Source: an uncultured bacterium
GTDB taxonomy: Bacteria; Hydrogenedentota; Hydrogenedentia; Hydrogenedentales; JAEUWI01
NCBI GenBank assembly: GCA_963977445.1
Contig: CAXBPH010000099.1
Coordinates: 1 to 22,179, forward strand
Length of the DNA stretch: 22,179 nt
Reading direction: 5' to 3'
A program made the translations under genes and the position numbers. Positions 1 to 7,644 of this stretch are shown in pieces. The notes under the pieces were generated by a model, which had not been told where the DNA came from, made no database searches, and saw nothing but the letters and a program-made list of their open reading frames with translations. How positions within the stretch are numbered: the first letter of the stretch is position 1; each line of letters starts with the position of its first letter.

Positions 1-68
1 TGCCTCCGGCACTTGAAGTATCAATTGAATCATCCCCACTAATTGCCCATGAACCTTAAAAACTTATC

Positions 69-118
69 GCCGCCGCACGGACAAGCCCCTCGGGACTCGT
101 CCGTGCTGGCGGTTTTTT
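69..118 (+). terminator. Rho-independent terminator, probably for a convergent + strand gene outside the window; may also serve leuA
   Basis: CCGCC-GCACGGAC (70-82) pairs with GTCCGTGC-T-GGCGG (99-112) and is followed by TTTTTT (113-118). It abuts the leuA stop codon. Confidence 0.8.
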
Positions 119-119
119 C

Positions 120-1283
120 TCAGGTGTTCATAACGGCAACGGGGCCCATTACCCGCTGCACGATGGCATCCAGCTCGTCGGCATCCACCGCGCCCGGGAC
201 CGTATCGGCGAAGGCCACAAAGGCCTCGTAGATCCGATCCCGCGCTTCATCGGGCACCACGTGGCCCTGTTGGCGTGCCATGTGAATAACCGCGTTGCGG
301 CCCGACCGCGCCGTGAGGACAAAGTCGTGACCGGCCCGGCCCACCAATTCCGGCGCAACGTATTGATAGTTTTCCGCGGCTTTGAGGATTCCGTCCTGAT
401 GGATCCCCGAGCTGTGGGTGAAGGCGTTGCCGCCGACGATAGCCCGGTTGGCCTGGACCGCCACGCGGGTAACTTTCGCTACCGTAGCGCTGATGGCATT
501 GAGGCCTTCAAGTCGGATACCCGTGTTGCCGATGTCCTTCATGGCGAGAATGACGGCGATTTCTTCGAGGGCGGTGTTACCCGCCCGCTCGCCGATGCCA
601 TTGATGGTGCATTCGACCTGACGCGCCCCCGCCTTTACCGCAGCAAGGGCATTGGCCGTGGCAAGCCCCATATCGTTGTGACAATGGGCCGACACGATAA
701 TCTCGGGGGGCAAAAACGCAACAACATCATAAATCATGGGGCCAAACTCGTCGGGCGTCATGCAACCCACCGTATCGGCTATGTTAATACGGGTCGCACC
801 CGCCTCTACCGCGACTTGGGCGCATTGGCGGAGAAATATGGGATCGCTCCGCGTGGCGTCTTCCAGGCTGAATTGAACCTCGCTGGACCAACGCCGCGCA
901 CGGCGGACGCTCTCGGCAATGCGTTTTATCAACGTGGCCCGACTCACACGAAGTTTATGGGTCATGTGTATGTCGGAGGTGCCGATGACCAAATGCATAA
1001 CTGGTCGCGCAGCACCCTGCAAGGCCTCGCCGGCCGCATCGATATCACTCTCTATACAGCGCGACAAGGCGGCCACCTCCGCATCGCGTACCACTTCGGC
1101 AATCGCACGGACGGCCGCCCTGTCGCCGGGGGACGACGCAGGAAATCCCGCTTCTATGGTCGTCACCCCCAAGGCTTCCAGGTCTTGGGCGATTGCCACC
1201 TTATCTTGAATATCTATATGCACACCCGGGGTCTGTTCACCATCCCGAAGTGTTGTATCTAAAACCCGAATCATTCGCTGCAT
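120..1283 (-). CDS. leuA: 2-isopropylmalate synthase, short form (387 aa) without the C-terminal allosteric domain
   Basis: DRE-TIM motifs DTTLRDGEQ, EAGFP, HCHNDMGLA, GIGERAGN and HSSGIHQDG. The Leu-rich attenuator upstream supports a leucine-pathway role. Confidence 0.9.
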   Translation of the reverse strand: MQRMIRVLDTTLRDGEQTPGVHIDIQDKVAIAQDLEALGVTTIEAGFPASSPGDRAAVRAIAEVVRDAEVAALSRCIESDIDAAGEALQGAARPVMHLVIGTSDIHMTHKLRVSRATLIKRIAESVRRARRWSSEVQFSLEDATRSDPIFLRQCAQVAVEAGATRINIADTVGCMTPDEFGPMIYDVVAFLPPEIIVSAHCHNDMGLATANALAAVKAGARQVECTINGIGERAGNTALEEIAVILAMKDIGNTGIRLEGLNAISATVAKVTRVAVQANRAIVGGNAFTHSSGIHQDGILKAAENYQYVAPELVGRAGHDFVLTARSGRNAVIHMARQQGHVVPDEARDRIYEAFVAFADTVPGAVDADELDAIVQRVMGPVAVMNT

Positions 1284-1361
1284 CGTTGCACACTTTCATT
1301 GGTTATAGTTTTTAAAAAATACACCACATTCAACGTGTGCGTAGCAGTTTGTAGATTCGGG

Positions 1362-1382
1362 CTATCGCAGCCCCAATTCCAT
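1362..1382 (-). other. Putative mini-ORF MELGLR* with a strong SD, between the attenuator and leuA
   Basis: Minus-strand AAGGAGG (1391-1397), 8-nt spacer, then ATG GAA TTG GGG CTG CGA TAG. Confidence 0.4.
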
Positions 1383-1428
1383 TCCACTTCCCTCCTTTCC
1401 GTTTTGCGCGCCTACCGCGTCAAGAGAC

Positions 1429-1462
1429 AAAAAAAAGGCCACGAGCTTTAGCCCGTGGCCTC
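1429..1462 (-). terminator. Attenuator terminator of the leuA leader
   Basis: Minus strand reads AGGCCACGGGC-TAAA-GCTCGTGGCCT then a T run: an 11-bp stem with one G-U pair, about 22 nt after the leader stop. Confidence 0.93.
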
Positions 1463-1514
1463 TATGAAAACCCCTCAGGGTAACTAGCGAATAATAATTC
1501 GAGGCACAACGGAC
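1451..1514 (-). promoter_or_regulatory. Predicted antiterminator helix of the leuA attenuator
   Basis: Minus-strand GTCCGTTGTGCCTC (1514-1501) can form 12 bp, with two bulged U, with GAGGCCACGGGC (1462-1451), the 5' arm of the terminator. Confidence 0.75.
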
Positions 1515-1582
1515 CTACGATCCTCCAGCAGCTGGAGGAGTGGGAGTCGTAGTTCTAAGCTATGCATCGAATTGGTAAACAT
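1484..1582 (-). CDS. Attenuator leader peptide MFTNSMHSLELRLPLLQLLEDRRSVVPRIIIR (32 aa)
   Basis: SD AAGGA (1589-1593), ATG at 1582, 7 Leu codons among codons 9-19, then VV and III, TAG at 1486-1484. It lies between a promoter and a terminator upstream of leuA. Confidence 0.88.
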   Translation of the reverse strand: MFTNSMHSLELRLPLLQLLEDRRSVVPRIIIR

Positions 1583-1601
1583 TGTATTTCCTTGTTAACG
1601 G

Positions 1602-1630
1602 ACTTTACCACAGCCATTGAATTTTTGCAA
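1602..1630 (-). promoter_or_regulatory. sigma70-type promoter of the leu leader
   Basis: TTGCAA (1630-1625), 17-nt spacer ending in TGG, TAAAGT (1607-1602), i.e. with an extended -10. Predicted TSS near 1595, just before the leader SD. Confidence 0.75.
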
Positions 1631-1673
1631 GTAGATGAACAGCGACCCAAACCTGATAGTAATGTGAAATACC

Positions 1674-1703
1674 TTGAACTGAATTCCGCAAATACACTAC
1701 ACT
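1674..1703 (+). promoter_or_regulatory. Candidate sigma70 promoter for the Hpt gene
   Basis: TTGAAC (1674-1679), 18 nt, TACACT (1698-1703). Confidence 0.45.
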
Positions 1704-1816
1704 GATCAATAGATCATGACGTGTAGGGCAGGGGCGACGTAGTTGGATTTCGCATTTCCTCGAGGAGGCGAAGCAGCTTCCCCTGCAATCACCCCAATTC
1801 TTCGGGAGAGATACGT

Positions 1817-2185
1817 ATGGAAAACTCAGGTGACGCGCAAACGGCGATGGATTTCAGTCGTATCCAAGACACCTCTGACGGAGATGTCGAGTTCGAGCAA
1901 GAACTCTTCACTGTTTTTTTGGAAGACTGTGAGGCGCGCATCGGATTGTTGCGCGCCGCTATTTCCAGCGAGAGCCTCGCACCTGTACACATGGAAGCCC
2001 ACACCATAAAAGGCGCGGGTGCCAATGTTGGAACGAGCAAGCTCCACGATATCGCTGCCGATATTGAGCGACTGGACGCCGGTGCTCTCGCCGAAAAAGG
2101 CAGCGCCCTGTTTGGCGAACTGGAGACAGAGTTTGTTCGCGTCAAAACGGCGATAACTGACTATCTGAATAAACAAAAAGCATAG
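1817..2185 (+). CDS. Stand-alone Hpt (histidine phosphotransfer) domain protein
   Basis: AHTIKGAGANVG matches the HxxKG Hpt motif. Helical 122-aa protein with SD GGGAG upstream. Confidence 0.9.
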   Translation: MENSGDAQTAMDFSRIQDTSDGDVEFEQELFTVFLEDCEARIGLLRAAISSESLAPVHMEAHTIKGAGANVGTSKLHDIAADIERLDAGALAEKGSALFGELETEFVRVKTAITDYLNKQKA

Positions 2186-2308
2186 TCTGAGGGCGGCACA
2201 CCCTGATGGGCGTTTCCGCTTGCTCCCACGTGCGGCTACTCTCTAGATGGTATAGTGGGTCTGAGGGGCACAGGTGGGGTATAATCCACGGCACGCAAGG
2301 AGGCTACT

Positions 2309-2773
2309 ATGCTGGAAGTTGAAATACTCGGGGTAAGTCAGGCTGAAGAACATCGCTATCCCCTCGTGCTGCTGCGCCACGAAAGCCGCGTGCTCCCAAT
2401 TCTTGTTGGCATTCCGGAAGCCAGTGCCATACAAATCGGTCTGCTCGGAGAAAAAACCGCCCGCCCGATGACACACGACTTGATATGCAACCTGCTCGCA
2501 GGCCTTCGCGGCGAGTTAACGTCGGTCAATATTTACAAGCTGGAAAATGAGACCTTCCTCGCCCACCTCAATGTGGAGCAGAAAAACAGCGAAGGTGAAG
2601 TGGAGCAAATTCTCCGCATTGACACCCGCCCCAGTGATGGTATTGCCATTGCGGTCCGCCGTGGGTGCCCCATACTCGTGGCGGAAGAAGTCATGGATGC
2701 CGCTGCCCAGGATGCATCCATATTGGGCGACGAAGACAACGATGATTCGGAAGATTCCGAAGAGGAATACTAA
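2309..2773 (+). CDS. Bifunctional nuclease family protein (DUF151)
   Basis: Motifs LPILVGIPEASAI, RPMTHDL and IDTRPSDGIAIA, an acidic tail and SD AAGGAGG. Confidence 0.92.
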   Translation: MLEVEILGVSQAEEHRYPLVLLRHESRVLPILVGIPEASAIQIGLLGEKTARPMTHDLICNLLAGLRGELTSVNIYKLENETFLAHLNVEQKNSEGEVEQILRIDTRPSDGIAIAVRRGCPILVAEEVMDAAAQDASILGDEDNDDSEDSEEEY

Positions 2774-2797
2774 GCTCCCCGCGCGGAAGACAGATTG

Positions 2798-3868
2798 CTA
2801 AACCGGCGTACGTAACAGGTCGATGAATTTGTGATTGGCCTTGGGAAATGCGTAGTCGTCAAATTCGTCGGGGCCAATCCATTTCAATTCGGTATGGACC
2901 TTCGATTTTGGCTTTCCAGAAAGTATGGTACACCGATATACACCCAGCGTTACTTTCAAATGGGTGTAGGCATGCCGGACCGACGCTATCATCCCACCGA
3001 CCTTTACCTCGACGCCTAATTCTTCCTCGCACTCCCGACGCAAGGCTTCCTCGTGGGTTTCTCCAGCTTCCATTTTTCCGCCGGGAAACTCCCACAGCCC
3101 CGCAAGCATGCCTTCGGTGCCACGCTTACCGATGAGATACTTACCATCACGCAAAATCACCGCCACGACGATATCTTTGTGGGGCACCGCTTTCTTGGGG
3201 CGGCGCACCGGGCGCTTTTCCTGTATATTGCGCTTGTAGGCACCGCACTCAGACTGGATTGGACAGGAGCCGCAGTCGGGCTTCTTGGGCGTGCATATTC
3301 GCGCGCCCAGTTCCATCATGCCCTGATTGAAGTCCCCTGGATCGTTAGCAGGCACCAGGGAATCGGCGATGGCCCACAACTTTTTTTCCGTTGCACTGTC
3401 TTCAATGGGCTGGGCGATATTGAAAAGGCGGGTCAACACCCGTTTCACATTGCCATCTACGACGGGCACTTGCTCCCCGAAGGCAATACTTGCGATGGCA
3501 CCCGCCGTATAGCGGCCTACGCCAGGCAGCAACTGGAGCACTTCAACCCGATCCGGCAGGCGGCCGTCATGTTGCTCCATTATCTGCCGCGCCGCTTTGT
3601 GAAGGTTTCGCGCGCGGGTATAGTATCCGAGACCTTCCCAGAGCTTCAGCACATCATCCTCGGAGGCCGCCGCCAGGTCGGGCAGGGTGGGCAACGCCTT
3701 GAGGAATCGCTCATAGTAGGGCAGGCCCTGGTCCACCCGGGTCTGCTGTAGCAGCACCTCGGAAAGCCAGATATGATAGGGGTCGCGACTCTTGCGCCAG
3801 GGCAAGTCACGGGCCTCTTCGCGAAACCAGCGGAGCAGCGATTTGCGGATCGTGGGTGCCTGTTGCAT
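2798..3868 (-). CDS. mutY: A/G-specific adenine glycosylase MutY with a C-terminal MutT-like Nudix domain
   Basis: RDLPWR, SEVLLQQTRV, WEGLGYYTRARNL, HhH motif LPGVGRYTA, VDGNVKRV, Fe-S motif C-x6-C-x2-C-x5-C and GLWEFPGG. Confidence 0.96.
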   Translation of the reverse strand: MQQAPTIRKSLLRWFREEARDLPWRKSRDPYHIWLSEVLLQQTRVDQGLPYYERFLKALPTLPDLAAASEDDVLKLWEGLGYYTRARNLHKAARQIMEQHDGRLPDRVEVLQLLPGVGRYTAGAIASIAFGEQVPVVDGNVKRVLTRLFNIAQPIEDSATEKKLWAIADSLVPANDPGDFNQGMMELGARICTPKKPDCGSCPIQSECGAYKRNIQEKRPVRRPKKAVPHKDIVVAVILRDGKYLIGKRGTEGMLAGLWEFPGGKMEAGETHEEALRRECEEELGVEVKVGGMIASVRHAYTHLKVTLGVYRCTILSGKPKSKVHTELKWIGPDEFDDYAFPKANHKFIDLLRTPV

Positions 3869-4040
3869 AATGCGTTGGCTTTCTAATTACCGCAGACCTT
3901 TGCGATAGTTGAATGAATACGACACCGGGTTGGTGGGTAATAGTCTGTGGCAAATGGTGATCGGAGGCGATTCCCAGGCATTCGTCTGACAACCGTCAGA
4001 ACGTGCCAACCCAACGCCTCCACAATCAAGATTGTGACTC

Positions 4041-4874
4041 ATGGACGAAAAAGAAATCCAATCGCCTTTTCAACACTTCCAGAATAAGGTGCATGAAATC
4101 ATTTTCGAGGCCGATACACCGGCCGGAAAATGGTTTGACGTCGCCCTCATCGCGCTTATCGTTCTGAGCGTCATGACCGTCATGCTGGACAGTGTTGAGG
4201 CCTACCGGCTGGAACATAGCGCCCTGTTTTATCGCCTGGAATGGGCTTTCACCATCGTATTCACTCTGGAATATCTGCTGCGGCTGATCTGTATCGGGAA
4301 ACCCATCCGCTACGCGACCAGCTTCTTTGGCGTCGTTGATTTACTCGCCATACTCCCGACCTATCTCAGTCTGGTATTTCCCGGCAGTCACTATTTACTG
4401 GTCATCCGATTGCTGCGGGTGCTGCGGGTATTCCGGGTACTGAAAATTGTGCAATATGTGGGCGAAGCCGAGCTACTCATGAGTGCCATGCGGGCCAGCC
4501 GACGAAAAATAACCCTGTTTCTCTTTGGTGTCAGCACGGTGGCTATCATCGCGGGCTCCCTCATGTATGTCATTGAAGGGGCCGAAGCGGGGTATACCAG
4601 CATCCCCAAGAGCGTCTATTGGTCGGTCGTAACCCTGACGACGGTGGGTTACGGTGACATCTCACCACAGACGCCCATTGGACAAACCATCGCCACGTTC
4701 ATCATGTTGATGGGGTATGGCATCATCGCGGTGCCCACGGGTATCGTGACGGCTGAAATTGCCCGGGCGACAGGAAAGCAACAAGGTGCGGTCCGATCGT
4801 GCCAGTCCTGTGGCGGAGAATTTCACGCCCATGACGCCCGCTTCTGCAAGCATTGTGGGGTGAAATTAAGCTGA
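4041..4874 (+). CDS. Voltage-gated potassium channel / ion transporter with a C-terminal zinc ribbon
   Basis: S4-like IRLLRVLRVFRVLK, selectivity filter TTVGYGD, six hydrophobic segments and CQSC...CKHC. Confidence 0.93.
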   Translation: MDEKEIQSPFQHFQNKVHEIIFEADTPAGKWFDVALIALIVLSVMTVMLDSVEAYRLEHSALFYRLEWAFTIVFTLEYLLRLICIGKPIRYATSFFGVVDLLAILPTYLSLVFPGSHYLLVIRLLRVLRVFRVLKIVQYVGEAELLMSAMRASRRKITLFLFGVSTVAIIAGSLMYVIEGAEAGYTSIPKSVYWSVVTLTTVGYGDISPQTPIGQTIATFIMLMGYGIIAVPTGIVTAEIARATGKQQGAVRSCQSCGGEFHAHDARFCKHCGVKLS

Positions 4875-6023
4875 GTCCTCGGGCGAATGGTGGGCCGCTA
4901 CCGACCAGACACGGGCCAATTGCTCTGCCGTAAATCGCAGATTGGTGGCCGCCGTGCTCCGCGCTTCATCCAGGGTTTGTGGGCCCGGGCTGATGGGGTA
5001 AATGGCGGTTACGCCGTGGTCCAACAAGGCCTCGGCACCGGGCAATACGCGGCCACCAAGCGCAATGACCGGCACACCGTGGGGCGCAGCCAACTGGGCA
5101 AGGCCCGCCGGCGTTTTTCCAAAACAGCTCTGGGCATCCAGACTGCCTTCGCCGGTAATAACGAGATCGGCGCCGGCTATCGCCTGGGGTAAATTGCACA
5201 GGGTGGCAATCAACTCCAGACCTTTTTCTAACTTGGCCGCCGCAAAGGCCATGAGCCCTCCGGCTAGCCCACCCGCAGCACCCGCACCGGGCACGTCGCC
5301 GATGTGCACCGAAAGGTCCCGGGCGACAATGCGGGCAAAATGGGAAAGGGCGTGATCAAGAATGAGTACATCTTCGGCCGAGGCACCCTTCTGGGGGCCA
5401 TAAATGGCGGTAGCACCATTGGGACCACAGAGAAGGTTGTTGACGTCGCAAGCCACATAGACATTGATTTCGGCCAGGCGGGGATGACGATTGGTGCCGT
5501 CGATACTATCCAGCTGGATCAAATGAACCCCGCCCCGCTTTAATTCGACACCGTGTTTGTCGAGCAGTTTGAATCCAAGTGCCTGCGCCATGCCTGCGCC
5601 ACCGTCGTTGGTGGCACTCCCGCCGACACCGATAATCACGTCCTCCACGCCGTCATCAAGGGCGTGTATCATCAGTTCACCGGTGCCGTAAGACGTGGTG
5701 AGGCACGCGTCTCGCTCGCCTTCAGGGACCAGCATCAGGCCCGATGCCGACGCCATTTCCATGATGGCCACTTTCCCATCCTGGATCAATCCATAGTGGG
5801 CCTCGACGGGTTCACCCAGTGGACCGGTGACGGTGAGGGACACCATCTCCCCACCAGAAGCATGGACCACAGCCTCAACCGTACCTTCGCCGCCATCCGC
5901 CATGGGAAAACACTGGGTCTCCGCCTGAGGCATACCGGATAGCCAGCCCGATTCAATCGCGGTGGCCACTTCGTCGGCACGGAGACATTCCTTGAAAGAA
6001 TCGGGAGCAATTACGACGCGCAT
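4866..6023 (-). CDS. glxK: Glycerate kinase (GlxK/GarK family)
   Basis: MRVVIAPDSFK, ADGGEGT, GVGGSATNDGGAG, GAGAAGG and ITGEG. Start trimmed to ATG 6023, matching the family N-terminus. Confidence 0.93.
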   Translation of the reverse strand: MRVVIAPDSFKECLRADEVATAIESGWLSGMPQAETQCFPMADGGEGTVEAVVHASGGEMVSLTVTGPLGEPVEAHYGLIQDGKVAIMEMASASGLMLVPEGERDACLTTSYGTGELMIHALDDGVEDVIIGVGGSATNDGGAGMAQALGFKLLDKHGVELKRGGVHLIQLDSIDGTNRHPRLAEINVYVACDVNNLLCGPNGATAIYGPQKGASAEDVLILDHALSHFARIVARDLSVHIGDVPGAGAAGGLAGGLMAFAAAKLEKGLELIATLCNLPQAIAGADLVITGEGSLDAQSCFGKTPAGLAQLAAPHGVPVIALGGRVLPGAEALLDHGVTAIYPISPGPQTLDEARSTAATNLRFTAEQLARVWSVAAHHSPEDSA

Positions 6024-6136
6024 AACGTGATTCCAGGTAGATAATGGTACAATGGTTGGTCTTTTGACGTAGAGCAGCCTGAGTACGGGCACCATACCCC
6101 GTTTTGAACGCGGGATACAAGGGGAAGTAGCGTTAC

Positions 6137-6961
6137 ATGAACATTACACGCAGAGAGTTTGTTGGAATTGCCGGTCTGCTGGGTCTTGCGGGTTGTGCCC
6201 GCATTGAGCAAAGTCGCCTGGGCCAATTGACGCCGGACCTCGATTTTCGAAAAGATGGTCCCCTCCGATTTGCCACGTTAACCGATCTTCATCTGGTGGA
6301 TTCCCGAAGTGTCGGCATTCTCGGGCGCGCTATCAACGGCATTAATAACGATGAAACCATCGACTTTGTGGTCCTCCTGGGAGACATTTCCGAACACGGC
6401 TCACTGCAGGAAATGAATCTGGCCAAACAGGCCCTTGAGCGGCTGAGAGTTCCCCACCACGTTGTACCTGGCCCCAATGATGTCGTGGCCGGCGCGGAGA
6501 ATTCGCTCGAGTTTTACCAACGTGTCTTTAAGAAGTCCCAATGGAAAATGCCCATGGGTAACTGGACCTTTATTGGCCTCGACACGAGTTCCGCTACGTC
6601 CCCCTCGCTGACACTTAGCGAGGCATCTCTCCAGTGGCTCGACGAGCAACTCGCCCACACCGACCAGAAGCGCCCCCTCGCTCTCTGTTGCCACCATCCG
6701 CTGGCACCAGGCACAAAGGGTGATCGACTCGCCAATGCAGAAGACGTGCTGGCGCGCTTTAAGAACCACAACCTTCGGCTGGTCAACTCCGGTCACTATC
6801 ATGGCAATCAGGAGGAAGAGCGGGATGGCATACTATTTGTCACGACCGCCTGCTGCAGCACGACGGCCGAAAATGCCGACCCGGCTGAACCCAAAGGCTA
6901 TCGGGTCTTCACGCTGGACAATGACCGTATCGAGCATGAGTTTATGACCGTCCCCGTTTGA
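6137..6961 (+). CDS. Calcineurin-like metallophosphoesterase, predicted Tat-exported lipoprotein
   Basis: Twin-arginine TRREFVG, lipobox LAGC, motifs DLH, GD, HHP and GHYH. Motif III is variant (GPND). Confidence 0.85.
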   Translation: MNITRREFVGIAGLLGLAGCARIEQSRLGQLTPDLDFRKDGPLRFATLTDLHLVDSRSVGILGRAINGINNDETIDFVVLLGDISEHGSLQEMNLAKQALERLRVPHHVVPGPNDVVAGAENSLEFYQRVFKKSQWKMPMGNWTFIGLDTSSATSPSLTLSEASLQWLDEQLAHTDQKRPLALCCHHPLAPGTKGDRLANAEDVLARFKNHNLRLVNSGHYHGNQEEERDGILFVTTACCSTTAENADPAEPKGYRVFTLDNDRIEHEFMTVPV

Positions 6962-6983
6962 GGACACGAAACAGAAAGGCACC

Positions 6984-7625
6984 ATGTTCTACACCACCCT
7001 GTTCACACTGATATCCCTTGTGGTTTTCGTGGGAAACAACGTACTTGGTTGGGGAGGTGGTGCCTGGCTGAAGATGACTACATCCACTGGCTTTCTCGCC
7101 ATGGCGATCAGCGCCGGTGCCTTGCAAAGCAGCTACGGGCGCATGGTTCTTCTGGCCTTGTTCTTTTCGTGGTGGGGAGATTTGTTTCTAATCAGTTCGC
7201 GAGACAAGATCTTTCTCATGGGACTTGTCGCCTTTTTTCTAGGCCATGCTGCGTTTGCAGGGGCCTTCCTGGTCCATGGTGTCGACGTAAAATATACGGC
7301 AATTGCCCTGGTCCTATGCCTGGTGCCCCTGGCCCTCATCATCAACTGGCTTACCCCCCACCTGGGCAGCATGCGTATCCCCGTCTATGCCTATATGGCT
7401 ATCATCACTGTCATGGTCACCTTGGCAGCCGGCACGTGGGGACGGGGGGCGACGGCGCTGATACTAGTCGGTGCCATCCTTTTTTACCTGTCGGACCTAT
7501 TTGTGGCCCGCGGACGTTTCGTCACCCCAAGCCCCTGGAATCGACATCTGGGCCTGCCGCTGTATTACGTCGCCCAGATGTTGCTCGCCCTCAGTATCCA
7601 AAAGGTCAACGAAATGCGGGGCTAG
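6984..7625 (+). CDS. YhhN family membrane protein (lysoplasmalogenase-like)
   Basis: Multi-TM protein with FSWWGDLFL, GLVAFFLGH, GAILFYLSD and YYVAQ. Confidence 0.88.
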   Translation: MFYTTLFTLISLVVFVGNNVLGWGGGAWLKMTTSTGFLAMAISAGALQSSYGRMVLLALFFSWWGDLFLISSRDKIFLMGLVAFFLGHAAFAGAFLVHGVDVKYTAIALVLCLVPLALIINWLTPHLGSMRIPVYAYMAIITVMVTLAAGTWGRGATALILVGAILFYLSDLFVARGRFVTPSPWNRHLGLPLYYVAQMLLALSIQKVNEMRG

Positions 7626-7644
7626 CAACCCCGGTTCGCAGGCG

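Noticed and set aside
261..1262. 333-aa + strand ORF
   Set aside because: Antisense shadow of leuA with no motifs. Such ORFs are expected in GC-rich coding DNA.
2248..2285. Two -10-like boxes (TGgTATAGT at 2248-2256 and TATAAT at 2280-2285) before the DUF151 gene
   Set aside because: Plausible promoter elements, but neither has a convincing -35 and I cannot choose between them.
6024..6095. 24-aa N-terminal extension of glycerate kinase in the ORF track
   Set aside because: The family begins at M-x-V-V-I-A-P-D-S-F-K, and the extension lies in the divergent promoter region.
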